Shown here: piece after piece, positions 38,501 through 52,723 of the stretch
Numbering within the stretch: the first letter of the stretch is position 1
Layout: each line of letters begins with the position of its first letter
Assembly: GCF_032062105.1 (NCBI RefSeq)
Contig: NW_026934374.1
Location: forward strand, 1-61,055
Source: Saccostrea cucullata
Taxonomy: Eukaryota
Direction of reading: 5' to 3'
Length of the DNA stretch: 61,055 bases
Position numbers and translations under genes: made by a program
The notes under the pieces: model-generated
The model's database searches: none
What the model saw: the letters and a program-made list of their open reading frames with translations, nothing else
What the model was told of the DNA's origin: nothing

Positions 38501-41500
38501 AAAACAAATGGCGAATATATACGTTGCAATTTTACCTGTGTTAGAATACTGCTTATTTTAATTCAACCTCTGATTTCTCCTTCTTCATTACATATCATAT
38601 CAAAAATATTTCCTGGAAATTAATATTTATTACTATGTATCAGTGTGTGAAGACGGGACGTATGCCTCTAATGATCTATGCGAACAATGTGGACACTGTA
38701 AGGGAGACACAGCATGTGACAAAGGAACGGGAAGATGTCCGTCAGGATGTAAGGAAAACTGGACCGGGGATCATTGTAAAGGTATGTAAATGTATGTTTT
38801 ATGATTTACAGTTTCCAAGGTACTTCATCATCTGAAATTATCCAGAATCAGTGACTTATAGCCTGTTCTGTTTTCGGTTTTGATTTCAGGTTTTATAGGT
38901 CGATCTGCGTTCATTATCTCTACTAGTACATGTAATATAACCTACCATAGCAATCACAAATACATATCATCTTTTTTTGATATTTGATACATGTACAAAC
39001 TGTTTATACTTTACGCGCAATCAGCTGTATACCAAGGTTATTTCCCTTTCTATTCTTAATAGTCAGTAACAAAGTTTAACACAGAAAAAAAGTGTTAAGG
39101 CACTCCTTCGAAATGTGGAAGACTTGTTCAATTTGGGCTCATGAAATCGTGTTAAAATTATTGTGTAAACACGATTACATGCAGTAAAGCACATATAGTC
39201 AATCGAAAAGCGTCCTAAATTAACAGCAGGAAAAACAGTTCGTTGGAAGGATCCTAAAAATTATTACCTCAGTAAGCATTTGACTTTAAAATAATTTTTA
39301 TTTTCGGACAAGGTATCGACACTTGAATTATAAAATGATGACTTTAAACGAGACTCCTGTTATTCCTGTCTAAAAATAATTTCTAAATAATTTACTTCGT
39401 TTATAAAATTTTTATACGTAGAGCATGTTCTTGCATATGGAATGAACTAAGACATATAAACATCGTATGCAGGTCATGAAGGCATATTTCTGCATATATA
39501 AGTAAGGGAAGTTGACGATTGAAAAGTTAAAGTCTTCAGGTGTATAATTTATTAAATCAATTGGTTGTGTGATTATAATTAACGTGTTCCTTGAAATAAA
39601 ATATCTAACAATGAGACAGATGTCGAACTTGATGGTATCTNNNNNNNNNNNNNNNNNNNNNNNNNNNNNNNNNNNNNNNNNNNNNNNNNNNNNNNNNNNN
39701 NNNNNNNNNNNNNNNNNNNNNNNNNNNNNNNNNNNNNNNNNNNNNNNNNNNNNNNNNNNNNNNNNNNNNNNNNNNNNNNNNNNNNNNNNNNNAGGAATTA
39801 ATTCTTAATTGCAAAATTTTTTTTTACAAATCTTGTTGTTTCTTGGTACACAGGAGGTCTGCTAAAACATTATTTGTTTTGGTTAGGAAATTCTAATTGA
39901 CAGAATCCATCACAACTTGAGGTTAGTTGTGACTCTGTTTCTGATTTACGATGCGTCGTCGATATATCTAGATATCAAAATGAAACATCAAGTGTTTCCT
40001 TTTTTACACGTTTAAGATTTTGGACAGGTTTTGCTTCATATGAATGCAAAAAAAGATCTGCTCATGACGAAGCCTAAGCTTTAGAAACCCAATTAATTAT
40101 CTGAAGACCTGGTTTCGCAAAACCACATACTGTAAAAGCACAAATATTCGTGGGGGATTAAATTTCGTTTATTTCGTTGTTAACAATATTCAACGAAATT
40201 AAATCCCACACGAAATTTAATATGACTATATATTGAATAGGGTTACTTTCAAAACAACGAAATTAAATGCCCACGAAACTATTTTTGATACAAAACAACG
40301 AAATTTTATGCCCACGAAAATTTGTGCTTCTACAGTATACATTATCAACCAGAAACTCGAGCTTCTTTATATTAAGAACTCTAGATTATGAATGTGCACA
40401 ATCAGAATATTTTTAGCAAAAAATATTGTATATGACTGTCATAAAAATAAATTTAAGATTTCCATTTTATTGATAAAACAGTTGTCAATAATACAAAAAA
40501 AAAGCATGGACTTTAATTTTTCAGGGGAATGTCACCTTACTTTTCTAATTCATTTTGTTATATTATTCAATTACATTCTGTCACACATAAGTATTTTAAG
40601 CTGACAATAAACAATATCATATTAAAAGAATCCCTTACCAATAACTTCTCTGCAAATACATATTGAGAAGCCTGAAAGCATCACTAAGTTCTAAAAGTAA
40701 GATTTAGGTAAAACTTTACTTCTTACGTTGAAATTCTACTACCTGATCCTTGAAGAGTTTGCTCGGTAAAAACATGAAATATAAAGGTTCCACAGTTAAA
40801 ATAGTGAAAACAATGTTCTTTGGAAATTTAATGAACATGAATACTCCTTTTAATAGAATGTGTTGACGGTTACTATGGTGAGGATTGTAGTACTCAATGT
40901 GGTAATTGTCAAAGTGGACATTGCGACAAGACGATTGGACATTGTCCATCTGGTTGTAAACTGAACTGGGAAGAACCTTTGTGTCAAGGTAGATATCCAG
41001 TTAAACAATGATCAATAAGACAAATTAAATGCCCTCGCTTTACAGGACTTTTTACTTTTAATTGGAATTTTCCCTCCATCTAGTAATAGAAAACAAAGAC
41101 TGAACAATTTTTAAATCTAAGAATTTCAATATCTGTGTGATGGTAAAAATAAACTCTTTAAATTAAAGAATGTGTTGACGGTTACTATGACCAGAATTGT
41201 AGTACCCAGTGTGGAAACTGTCGAGAAGGACTTTGTGACAAGAAAAACGGAAGTTGTTTATCTGGCTGTAAACTAAACTGGAAAGAACCTTTGTGTCAAG
41301 GTAACTATTTATTTTTATCACTATGCAATATACTCGGATATACATTTAAAAAAGTATTTGCATTAACATTATTTCTCTATTAGATATTATAGATACAATG
41401 GAAGAAAAATGTTTTTTTTGTAAGAAGTTTAATTTATAAGATGCATAAGGAAAATAATACACTATTTCAATTAAAGACTGCGTTGACGGTTACTATGATA

Positions 41501-44500
41501 AGAACTGTAGTACCAGATGTGGTAATTGTCAAAGTGGACATTGCGACAAGACGACTGGAAATTGTCCATCTGGTTGCAAACTAAACTGGAGAGAGCCTTT
41601 TTGTCAAGGTGCATAATCCATTTTTGCAATATTCTATATCTGATTCTTATCCGTTTATAATTAAGAATAAAAAGTGAAAGTTCTTTTAAAAAAATATTGT
41701 TTTAAAAGATAAGATGAAATATTTGCAAATTACAAATACACAATGCATTTCTTAGAATGCGTTGACGGTAACTATGGCCGAGATTGCAGTTCTATGTGTG
41801 GGAATTGTCGAGAAGGATTTTGTGACAAGAAAAACGGAAGTTGTTTATCTGGCTGTAAAGGGAACTGGGAAGAGCCTTTATGTCAAGGTAGATTCTGAGA
41901 TTTTTTGTCGAGTCTGACGCATCTGTTTCATACTTGGACAATTTACTTGAAAAAAACGTTAATGGTAATCTTACAACCTAGCTATATGATAAACGTTAAA
42001 ATTTTAACCTTTTCTTTCATCTATATTTAGGATTCATTTAATATTAGGTGATGACCTTAAACAATATCCAGATTTCACTCGAAGAGTGATTATCACAATT
42101 TTAATAAAAAGGTCACATTTAGGTTCGGCAAACAGCGTCAAAATAACAGAAAAAGAAAGAAAGCCCACGTTTGAAGTTCCAAATTGCGGATTTACATGAA
42201 TGTTTTTAATGACTCGACATTATTCCTTCGTATGATAAGGGGTTTGACTGTACATGTAGTTTTCATTGTGCAATATTTCGTGCATCATAGTAAAAAGAAG
42301 CTTATGTACTGCTTAAAAGCAATTTTTTCACTTAATATAAAAAAAAAATATTAAATTAAAAAATTATAGGTTGAAAAATTTAGGTACAATTTCATATATC
42401 TGATTTCTAAAGCAATTTTTAACATATAGGCGTCATTGGCGTCATTAAATTGTGTTTTCGAAGTTATGATAATGGAAAGCTCGTACGGAAAGGGATTATA
42501 AATATGTTATAAAATAAAAGTAATAAATATATGCTCCTGAATTTCAAAACATAGAAATTTGAGAAACTTCCCTTCATTTTTAATATTTTTTTTTTGTATA
42601 AATCCTATGTATGCTTCATATTTTGCAGTACTCTATAAAAACAGGGAAATTCGTTATTTTTTTGGAATTTTGAGATGTCCCCTCTATAAACAAGACGGTA
42701 GAATTTTGTGTTTCTTACATGTAATGTACAATATGGCGTTACTCATCAAATATTATGGTTTGAGCAAAAAGTCTATTGTATTACATGTATTTGTATAATT
42801 TGCTGAAAAGTGCTAAAAATGGGACTTCCTATACAATCCCATAGTAAATGTGCAAGTATTTTGAGACCGTCCCTTATAAATACCTGGACTGTAGATTTTT
42901 CCTAAACTTGGCATATACACTTGAGTCTGCGTAAGTTGCATGTGTACATATATTATAAGATGAAGACTTTAGCTATTGTAGTTTTCACACAGTAAAATCC
43001 CAGTCGGCCCCCTAAAAAAATTTGAATTTTTTCTCAAGATGTAGTTGGAGTGAATAGACATTGATCGACCAACCAACAATTGTTTTGTTTTTGTAAATGC
43101 GATATCTGCGTTTGGGGACATATTTTGACTCTTTACTGTTAAAAATAAAAAAAAAACATGTTAACATCGATCACATGTTCTTATGATCATAGATATTGTG
43201 TCTTTAGATACAGTGTACATGTATGTGCAAAATTAAATTAAAGAAAAATTCCTTAGAAATATAATTTGTACGCTTGATTGGCGGCGGATTTTCCGTTGTT
43301 TCCCCATCGTGTCTGAGAGTGCACGTTTGCTGTGTCCGATTGGCGGGGGATGCTCGCTCCTCCGTGGCACTTGGTCCCACCGCTGACGTTTTGGAGGTCC
43401 TTGCTTGGTCTGCTCCTGATTTGGATTGTTTAATGGGAATTTGATCTAGAATACTTTTCGTTATATCTACATGTTTCATGTAAGGTTTGCAATAAATGTC
43501 CATATTTGTATCCACAATTAATTGCACCATATATAGCAAACATGTAATGTGATGAAATCGAGGACGAATTCAACTGAAAATATAGCGGAAACTCACTATA
43601 ATTGTAATATACAACTTCTAAAGCGGAATTTATGATTCCCCAAACAGAATCTTTAAAATGTTGATTTTCATATAATGGCATGTTTTTTAGATGGGAAAAG
43701 GTTAGTCAAATAGTTCATATAAATACCTGTAGAACAGGTATTACACATAGACTGGTTAATCGAACAGACGAGCCACATAAACACCGAGTCAGCACAGTTC
43801 GACGGATACATGAGTTAGGGTAACTCCAATAAACATCATATATTCAAACCCATTGCAATACATTTTTGAAGAAGCGAATACCGTCTAACTTTCTCTCTTC
43901 TAACTTTAAAAATCTTTATTTTAGTGTAGCTCATGTTGTTATTCGCAGACACATTTGTGTCCTTGAGCTTTACGACAAATATTTCTTTCCCGGATCTAAA
44001 AAGTGGACTTGTCCTTCCATGACTTTTGATAAAGAACACCCAAACTTTTCATTAAAACGAAAATTTTTACCAATTTGATGCGCTTAACTGATTTATGTCT
44101 GTATATACATATGTATCTGGTGAAAACTAAGCTAAGTTTTTTTTTTGTAAAAAACACTGACAAACAACGATAAATTACAGTTCATATTTACCTTTTTTGA
44201 TGAACTTGAACATGGAAAAACATCTGAATTAAAAAGGCAAAGATAAGTCTCTAAAATATGTAGAGAAAATGTCATGAGAATCATTATATCCTTTTTTCTT
44301 AATCTAACTGCGGGATTTTGAAATATATTTTAGTAAACTAAAGGCCTTGAGAACATTTAGTATCTGTTAGTGTAAACTGATAGATATATTTTGGAATAGT
44401 TAGATAAACATTTTGAAAAATCAATTCCCATGACTTTGTCTAAGAAATATGAATGTTTGACATTTTTAATGTTTACGTTTTGAAAGTTCAACCTCTGTCA

Positions 44501-47500
44501 ATTACAGAATGTGCTGATGGATACTATGATCAGAACTGCAGAACCCATTGTGGAAATTGTCTCAAAGGATTTTGTGACAAGATAAATGGATCTTGTCAAT
44601 CTGGTTGCAAAGGAAACTGGAATGAACCATTATGCCAAGGTAAACATTAAACACTGAGAGGCAACAATTCTTATTTATGTAATGAGCCAAATGCATAATT
44701 CGGTCAATTACTCCCCATAATGTACACGCAGGTATGTTAAGGTTACAACCAAATTTTCTACTTGTCTATATGATATGACGTCATAGTAAGCTATATGACG
44801 TGAAGTTTAGAGATAAGAATTTCTTCAATCGATATCTAAAATTGGTTTGAGGTTGTAAAAATGGATCAAAATATGCAAAGGCATAATATAAACGGAATTT
44901 TAGTCGTTTCTAGGCCCCTGTAGTTATCACAGGGGTTAAATACTAAACCATAACTGTTTATCATGCAGTAGCATAGTGAAAGTAAAACGTAACGAGAATT
45001 CATGTAAAAAAAAACCACAAGAGATCGGAGTTTAAAGGATGTAGAATGAATATCATCTCTGATTCATATGTGAATAAAGCTTACGAATGAGGTATGCTTA
45101 TATAATTCTACAATTTCTTCGTAAAATTAAAGCAGGCATGGTGTTTGCTTGCCGATCAGCCTTTCCTCTGTCGTTCGTAACAAAAAAGATGCAAAAGTTT
45201 AACACTACGCCGCATACTTTGAAACTTAATTTTGGTTTCTATCTAAAGTTCTTATTCTATTGTTTTTGGAAAGTGCTGCTAGAATCGTATGGTTTACGGG
45301 AATTGATGCATTTTTTCCGATGTTATGAACAGAATGTAAAATTTTTTAGAAGGTTTCGTCCTAAAGTGATGAATAATTATTTCTTTGATAGGATAGTAGG
45401 ATTCTAGCAGCACTTTTCGTGGTACAGAGATCTTTTTACATAACAATTATTGCAAATTGAAATTAATTATCCCCGGGGTAGTGTTGAACTTTTCACTTTT
45501 TCATTAAGGCATTTTTTCTAATTGTAGACGTCACGTGGTGACGTCGTGGTTAAGTGCGTCCTGTAGTAGAAGTCCCATTGAAGTCTATAGAATGCATAAT
45601 TATAGCAAAAATTGTATCCTTGACTTTTCCGAAGTATTAGTGTTACAAAATTATAAAAAAGTTTTAATTCGTCGAATTCTGTTCCATGTGCTGCCTTAAT
45701 CAACCCGCGCAAGCTTCAAAAAACACAGTATGATGTATCACAAATTGTCAGACTTCTTAAAAAATTAATAACAGTTATATTTTTCTTTCACTTCTTTCCA
45801 TTATCTCTAAGACATAAAAAACAAAGAAAAAGTCTTGGAATTTTTATACTTAAATAGATTGCAGAAGCTGAATCTGTCATAAAATGATTTTTTTAAATTG
45901 TCTCTTGTTTATGACAGGAGACAAGCTTTAGCTCAATCGGTAGAGCGTTCGCTCCGTGATCGGGAGGTCGTGAATTCGCATCTCGGCCGCGACTGACCTA
46001 GTCGTTAAAATGGATAGCAACTGTTTCTTCGCCATGCGCTCTGCACTTTGAAGTGAAAGTTGCGGATCCTTCGGATGAGACTTTAAAAACCGAGGCCCCG
46101 TGTCAGCGGCAGCCGTTGACACGATAGAGATCCCTCACTGCTCAATGGCCCTGAGTGCCGAGTAAAGGTCAAAATTTGAAGCCCTTCACCGACATACGGT
46201 AACATTTGCATAGGAGTGAAAATTCTCGAGAGGGACGTTAAACAATATACAATTAATCAATAAATCCATCCCAACATAGAGGAATTACAAGGCTTTTCAA
46301 ACAATTATAGGATAACTATTGCAATATTTTGAACGATTTTCAAAGTTGGATCGTTGATCATAGGTTACCTCTTTTCTTCCTTACATGAACATTTTGAAGT
46401 ATTTACGTTCATCTAATTGTGATATCGATAAAAAGCTGACTGATGACTTTTTAGTAACCTTTTTATAAAATATACCTTTTCAGAAACGCGTTTACGTTTT
46501 AGTGTTCAACTGTTTTGTGTACATTGTTGACGACTAGCTGACGGCGAAATAGATATCTCGTATTAGAACAAATGAAATTGACATCCTGAGTTTCATTAAT
46601 ATTCGAAGAAAAAAATCGAATTTATTTTTTCATGTACGTATAATCACAAAGACAAAATTTTAGCTTGATATGATTATGTATCAATGAAAATAATGGTGAT
46701 GATTTCATCGTCAGTACGTGAATATTTTATGTATTTTTTTTAATGAAACAAATTTCATTATGACAATTAAGGCGTGTAATTTGTTAAATTGACATCAATC
46801 AGTATTTTCAAAAATACATGTTTTGACTTAATGTTCATTGAATTCAGACATTGACTAGACATTTATTTCTTATTGTATTATACACGACACAATATTTTTC
46901 GAACATTTGGTGTAATTAATGAAAACATATATTAAGGTAAAACAGTTTTACACATATTGAATATATTTATTTATTGATTTTTTTTAAAATTATCATTTTT
47001 TCAGAATGCGTTGATGGATTTTATGACGAGGAATGCGGAACAATGTGTGGGCACTGTCTTACAGGAGTGTGTGACAAGACAAATGGAACTTGTACGAGTG
47101 GATGTTCACTAAACTGGCAGGATCCTTTGTGTCAAGGTAAAAGAGCAAGGGCCACTTAGGGCCTTTCTCACGTCGCAAATCACGGCCGAAATGTACGATC
47201 CTCTCCCATTCCGGTCGTGGTTGCATGAGACGAGATTTTCTCGTAGCTCATTAAAGTATTGACCAATGCGAGTAAAGTGTAGTCGGAAATTGACCTTTCA
47301 GGCGACCTTTCAATACCCAATCGCAGTTAACGAAATAGTTGTTGTATACTGCTGATGTCAGTTGTTGATTTCAATTGCGATGGAAACAAAATCTGTCATT
47401 GACTAAATATGACGTCACAATAGAGAGGCGTGAATTTTCAAGATTACGACACTTTTTGTGATCAAGCAGCCACGGGTAAGAGAGAGCTATATGCGGACTC

Positions 47501-50500
47501 CGGACCGTGGCCTGAGACGATGGGCCTTTCCTGGCTCTGAGAACTTCTGAAAAATCAGAATTTTTAATTTAGGTTGAAATTGTGGTATTTATCACTTAGA
47601 CTGTTTGTGACTATGTTTGTATTGTACATGGCCTGATTTCCCGTCTAGTCAATGCACAAATTGAGTCATTTTTTCCAAATCCTGTAAAACATTTAAAAAT
47701 GGCCTAACGTTGAAGCAATATTTCAATATTTTATAATATGCAATTAAATAATGAAATATTTTTTTCTGAAGATTGACAAGCATGTTTTAATTTTTGGATC
47801 GTAGTCTATGCACATATTTTGATTCTTTGCTGAATGTAGTCAAATACGTATGTTTTATGCAAAATTAAAGAACATTGCATTTTCTCAAAGCCTGTTTTCC
47901 TATGCTTAAATTCTCAAAAAAGATTTTTTTAATATAGGTAATGAAAGCACTGTCTACTTTATTTTGATATATGAAATGGGAAAGTGGGTGATAGTTTATT
48001 AATTGACGTAAGGACAGGATCATTTTTAAATGAACGTTAACCTAGCTCTTTTATTTTACTTGTCCTAAACCTCAACCTTAACGTAAAGTTTTATTTCTTT
48101 TTAAATATTAACATACATTTAATAATATTAATAAACAATTATTAATAAATAAATAATAATAATTAGTGATAAATGTACTGTATATTTAACTAAAATATCA
48201 TTCAGCAATTGTCACTCGATCTTTACTTATTATCTCCTATATTTGTAAGCTAACATATTCTTTTATAAGTTAAAATACGTTCAACAATGCGATTAATTGT
48301 GATAAACCAATAGCCTAATCACGAATTCAATACAGTTGTGCACGGAATAACAAATCAAGATAGCGCTTACTAACTGTTGTATATGGAACAACGTAAGGTG
48401 CTTTTGGAGTAAATTTTATAATTTTAGAATGTATTGACGGATTTTATAACCAGAATTGCAGTAATCAGTGTGGTAATTGCCAAAGTGAATTTTGTGATAA
48501 GAAAAATGGAAGCTGTATAAATGGTTGCAAAACGAACTGGAAGGAACCTCTATGTCAAGGTAAAAAATGTGTCCTACTCTCGGGTTAGAAATATTCCAAT
48601 AATGTTTTATATTTATAGCACAGTTATAGCAATAAGTACTTTGATAGATGAAATTCCATCGAATCAAAGGAATAAGAATGACTGGTGTTTAGCAAGGTCT
48701 TATTATGTGTGATTTGCCGTCCGCTTTATCAAGAGTTTATCCAAACATTTAGACAATTATTCGTTTTAAGAATTGCCAACTGATTTTACATTTTAAGTTA
48801 AGTATATATCAGTAAAACATCTGCATTGTTAGAAAAAGGTTTTAAAGTAATCCTTGAAACATTATGATCTTTTCTGTTTGAAGAAATGACTAACATTCAT
48901 AATTTCATATGGGACCTGATCCCATCTCTGATGTTTTTGTGATCCGTGTTTGCTCTGCTCCTATTTTGTATTATTTCATGGACTTTTGATCCTGAAAACT
49001 GTTTCTTATCTCCATATGTTTCATCTTCATATGTTCCATTTTTACAAATTCGCTCCAATGTTTAGAATGTAGTGACGGAATGTATGACCAGAACTGCAGT
49101 ACCAAATGTGGACATTGTCTAGAAGGATTTTGTGACAAGAGAAATGGAAACTGCCTTACTGGTTGTAAATTGAACTGGAAAGAGCCCCTCTGTAAAGGTT
49201 AATGTTTTAAGTTATAATAAGCGATGTGCATTATTGTGAATAAGTTAGATATATGTGTTATTATTCAGAAAAATATGCAAAGAGAAAAAAATGAAGTTGT
49301 TTATCTGGTTTTAAACTGAACTGGATTAAACCTTTACGTCAAGGTAGAAACGTGAATTATCACAGCAGACGTATTGTTTGTGTATTTATATTTTACGCTA
49401 GGTTTCCTATGTAGTAAATATTTGATCATATCAAAATAGATCTTCTACCATTTTGATTTGATTGTGAATGTTGCAATGGGTATATTTGCAATCTGGTTGA
49501 TTTTCTAGCTTAAATACTATTGTCTTTATATTTTGCCTCCGTAAAATGTAATGTAAATCCAGATCATTCTTATTTTTGGGGTAAATATATTTGAGATCTC
49601 GGACATCTTTATCTTAGACTGCAAGCGTCTCAGATGTAGCAAAAGTCATCATATATAGGGTTTCCAAAGTATGTTACATTTAATATTTATCTAATACTCG
49701 TTCTACACAAAGTCTTCAACAATATCATTTTGAAACAGTGCAATAATTGTATCCTATGGGTTGACTTTTAGTCTTTCATTTGCTTTTATCCAGGATTAAT
49801 GCTTAATTATCTCTATTATTGGCTAAAATTAATTGTTATTCATGAAATGTGTCTCTAGACCGTAAAACGAGAATAATTGGCGCACTACTGATTTTAGCGC
49901 CTTTGAAGTCCCTTGACCGTACTCTAATGAAAAAAAAATCAAAATTAGTGATAACTTTTTTCTTCTGAATAACATATGATAAGGTGTTCACTTTAAACAA
50001 AATATGCCAAGTAAAGGGCATCTCACCTATAAAACACGAAAACAGGGGAATTTACAACTAAATAATTTTTTACAGATCACTAAAAATTTTATTTTAAACC
50101 TACCAACCTGGAAATATTCACATACTCTAGTATTATATATAAGAAAATCGTTATACGGAATATGTAATAATATATTAAAGTCCATTCTACAAGAGCTAAA
50201 AACTGTCTTTTCCCAGTTTCTAAAATCTACATATAGAGCTACTTCTTAGATTTCTCTTACATCTATCTTAAATGAAATGCATATTTTCTGTTAGATATTA
50301 TTTTAACATCATAATATATTATATTTCATAATTTAGAGTGTGTTGACGGATTTTATGACGGGGAGTGCAATAAACATTGTGGACAATGTCTTCGAGGAGT
50401 TTGTGATAAGACAGCTGGGACTTGTATGAGTGGATGCTCACCAAACTGGCAGGAACCTTTGTGTCAAGGTAAGGTTTTATTTCTCTGTACATATGAAAGG

Positions 50501-52412
50501 ATAGTGATATGAAGTTGGCATAACAAATACTCTTGAGTTTCTGATTAACAATATCTGTGTGGTTTTTGGAGACCAGGTCTTCAAACTATCTATTTTAATC
50601 CCCAATGCCACCTATTGCCCCCCGTTTTGAGCAGACCTATTTTTGCAATATTATGAAGTAGAATTCGCGCAACATCTTATGCGTGAGAAGGAGCAACACT
50701 TGCTGTTGCCTTTAACTCGACTTATAGATATATCGAGGACGTATTGTCAATTGGCAATTGTAAGTTCCATTATTTTGTCGATACGATATTCATGTATCCT
50801 GGAGAGCTTGTGATAAAGGATACCACAGAGTCTGACACATCTCTTTCATATTTGGATAATTTACCTGAAAAAGACTGAAATGTAATCTAACAAATATGTT
50901 CTCTGATAAAAATGATTACCTTTACTTTTCTAACGTCATCTTCCCTTCGCAGTACAGTTAAGGTGCGCAATGGAAATATCGACTAAATTTTGTATTGAAA
51001 AATCTATTCGAATTCGTAATCGGGATTGCGATTATTTTTAGCACATTATTTATATCGGATAATTGTAATTATGATTAATAACTACATATTAAGGACGATT
51101 ATATTTTATATTAAGACTAGTCACGTAATGCTGCAGTCACGCGATTTTAGCACATTGGCTTGAAGTATTGATGTTACTTGGCATAACCAAGTTAAATTTC
51201 CAAGTTTAGCATATAAATATTTTCAAAACGCATTGTAGTTTCTAAAAAGTGCTGTGATCCTGTCTAAATTCTGCAATTTCATTGTTAAAATTATACATGT
51301 ATGCCCGAATGCTATATTTTTTGCTGGTCAGCGGCATGAAATATTATTTTAATTAAATTGTTTTAAAGATTTCATCAGAATCGCAGCACTTTTCAGATAC
51401 CTTAATAGTTCTATAGTTGAAATGTAAAAGCTTACTTTGATCCATAGAGTGTATGCCCTTGCACTAGATCGATTTATTAAGACCCCCCATATTACCCTCC
51501 GATGTACTTTCATACAAATATACGGCAGTGTCAATAGAATACGTAATGAACAGAAAATATATTAATAAGAATACATATTTTGTTGAGAAAATATTACTTG
51601 ATCAGTCTCTCACTGCATACAAACTACGTCACGTTGAAAGAAATGACGCCATATTGACAAGTGTATTGCGATCAGTGCATTGTTTATAACTTGTTATGTG
51701 GAATTTAACCTAAGACAAAACAACATGCTTTAGTAAGTTTTTATGTAGTTTGATGATTTCTTACTGGTTAAATTAGCAGATAAACTCATTTTGTGGTATT
51801 ATAGAGAAATGTTGTATGACGTATATTGTGTATGATGTCGTAGTCAAGTTTTCCCGTACAAATTAGGCTCCGCCTCCTTTTTGTAACCTTAACTGTGCTG
51901 CGTTACTTATACAGCATCTTCATTTCTCAATCGATTGCATGCAGATTGTATATATCTCAGTTGACTCGATACGCACGAACATGCTATACATATGAACACT
52001 TTCTTAAACGACATAGATTATTGACAAACAAGTTGATAAAACAAAAATATAAGCAGTCTCGATGAAAGGCATCATTTTGTAAGTTCTATAATCGATACAA
52101 TGACCTTGTCAGAAAAAAAAGAATTCATCATTATGGATTTTTCCGTCATTTCCTGATCATGACAAGGAGTACACAAGGCGGATGTGACTGTTCAGCAGGG
52201 GATGCTCACTCCTTCATAACACCTGATCCCACCTCTAATGTTTTTGAGGTCCGTGTTTGCTCTGCTCCTATCATGTATTTTTAGGTCACCTGAGTAAACT
52301 CGGGTGACCTATTGCCATCTGTTTTCGTCCGTCGTCGTTCGTCGTTCGTCGTGCGTCGTTCGTCGTGTGTTAACATTTGAACATTTTCAGCTTCTTCTCT
52401 GCAACCACTGAA

Positions 52413-52443
<31 letters not shown>

Positions 52444-52689
52444 TATGGGTAAGGGGGGAACAAAAATTGTGAATTTCATGATCCCTGCCCCCCTGGGGCC
52501 TGAGGGGTGGGGCCAAAACCACTAAAATTAATGCAATCTTTAAAAATCTTCTTCTTTACTCCTGGACATCAAGCATTCAAACTGTTTGCATGATTGTAAT
52601 CAGCATTGAGTCCTCTACCCAAATTGTGAAATTCATGGCCCTGGGACAGGGGTACTTGTGCTAGGGTGGGGCTAAATAAGTATATAGTG

Positions 52690-52723
<34 letters not shown>

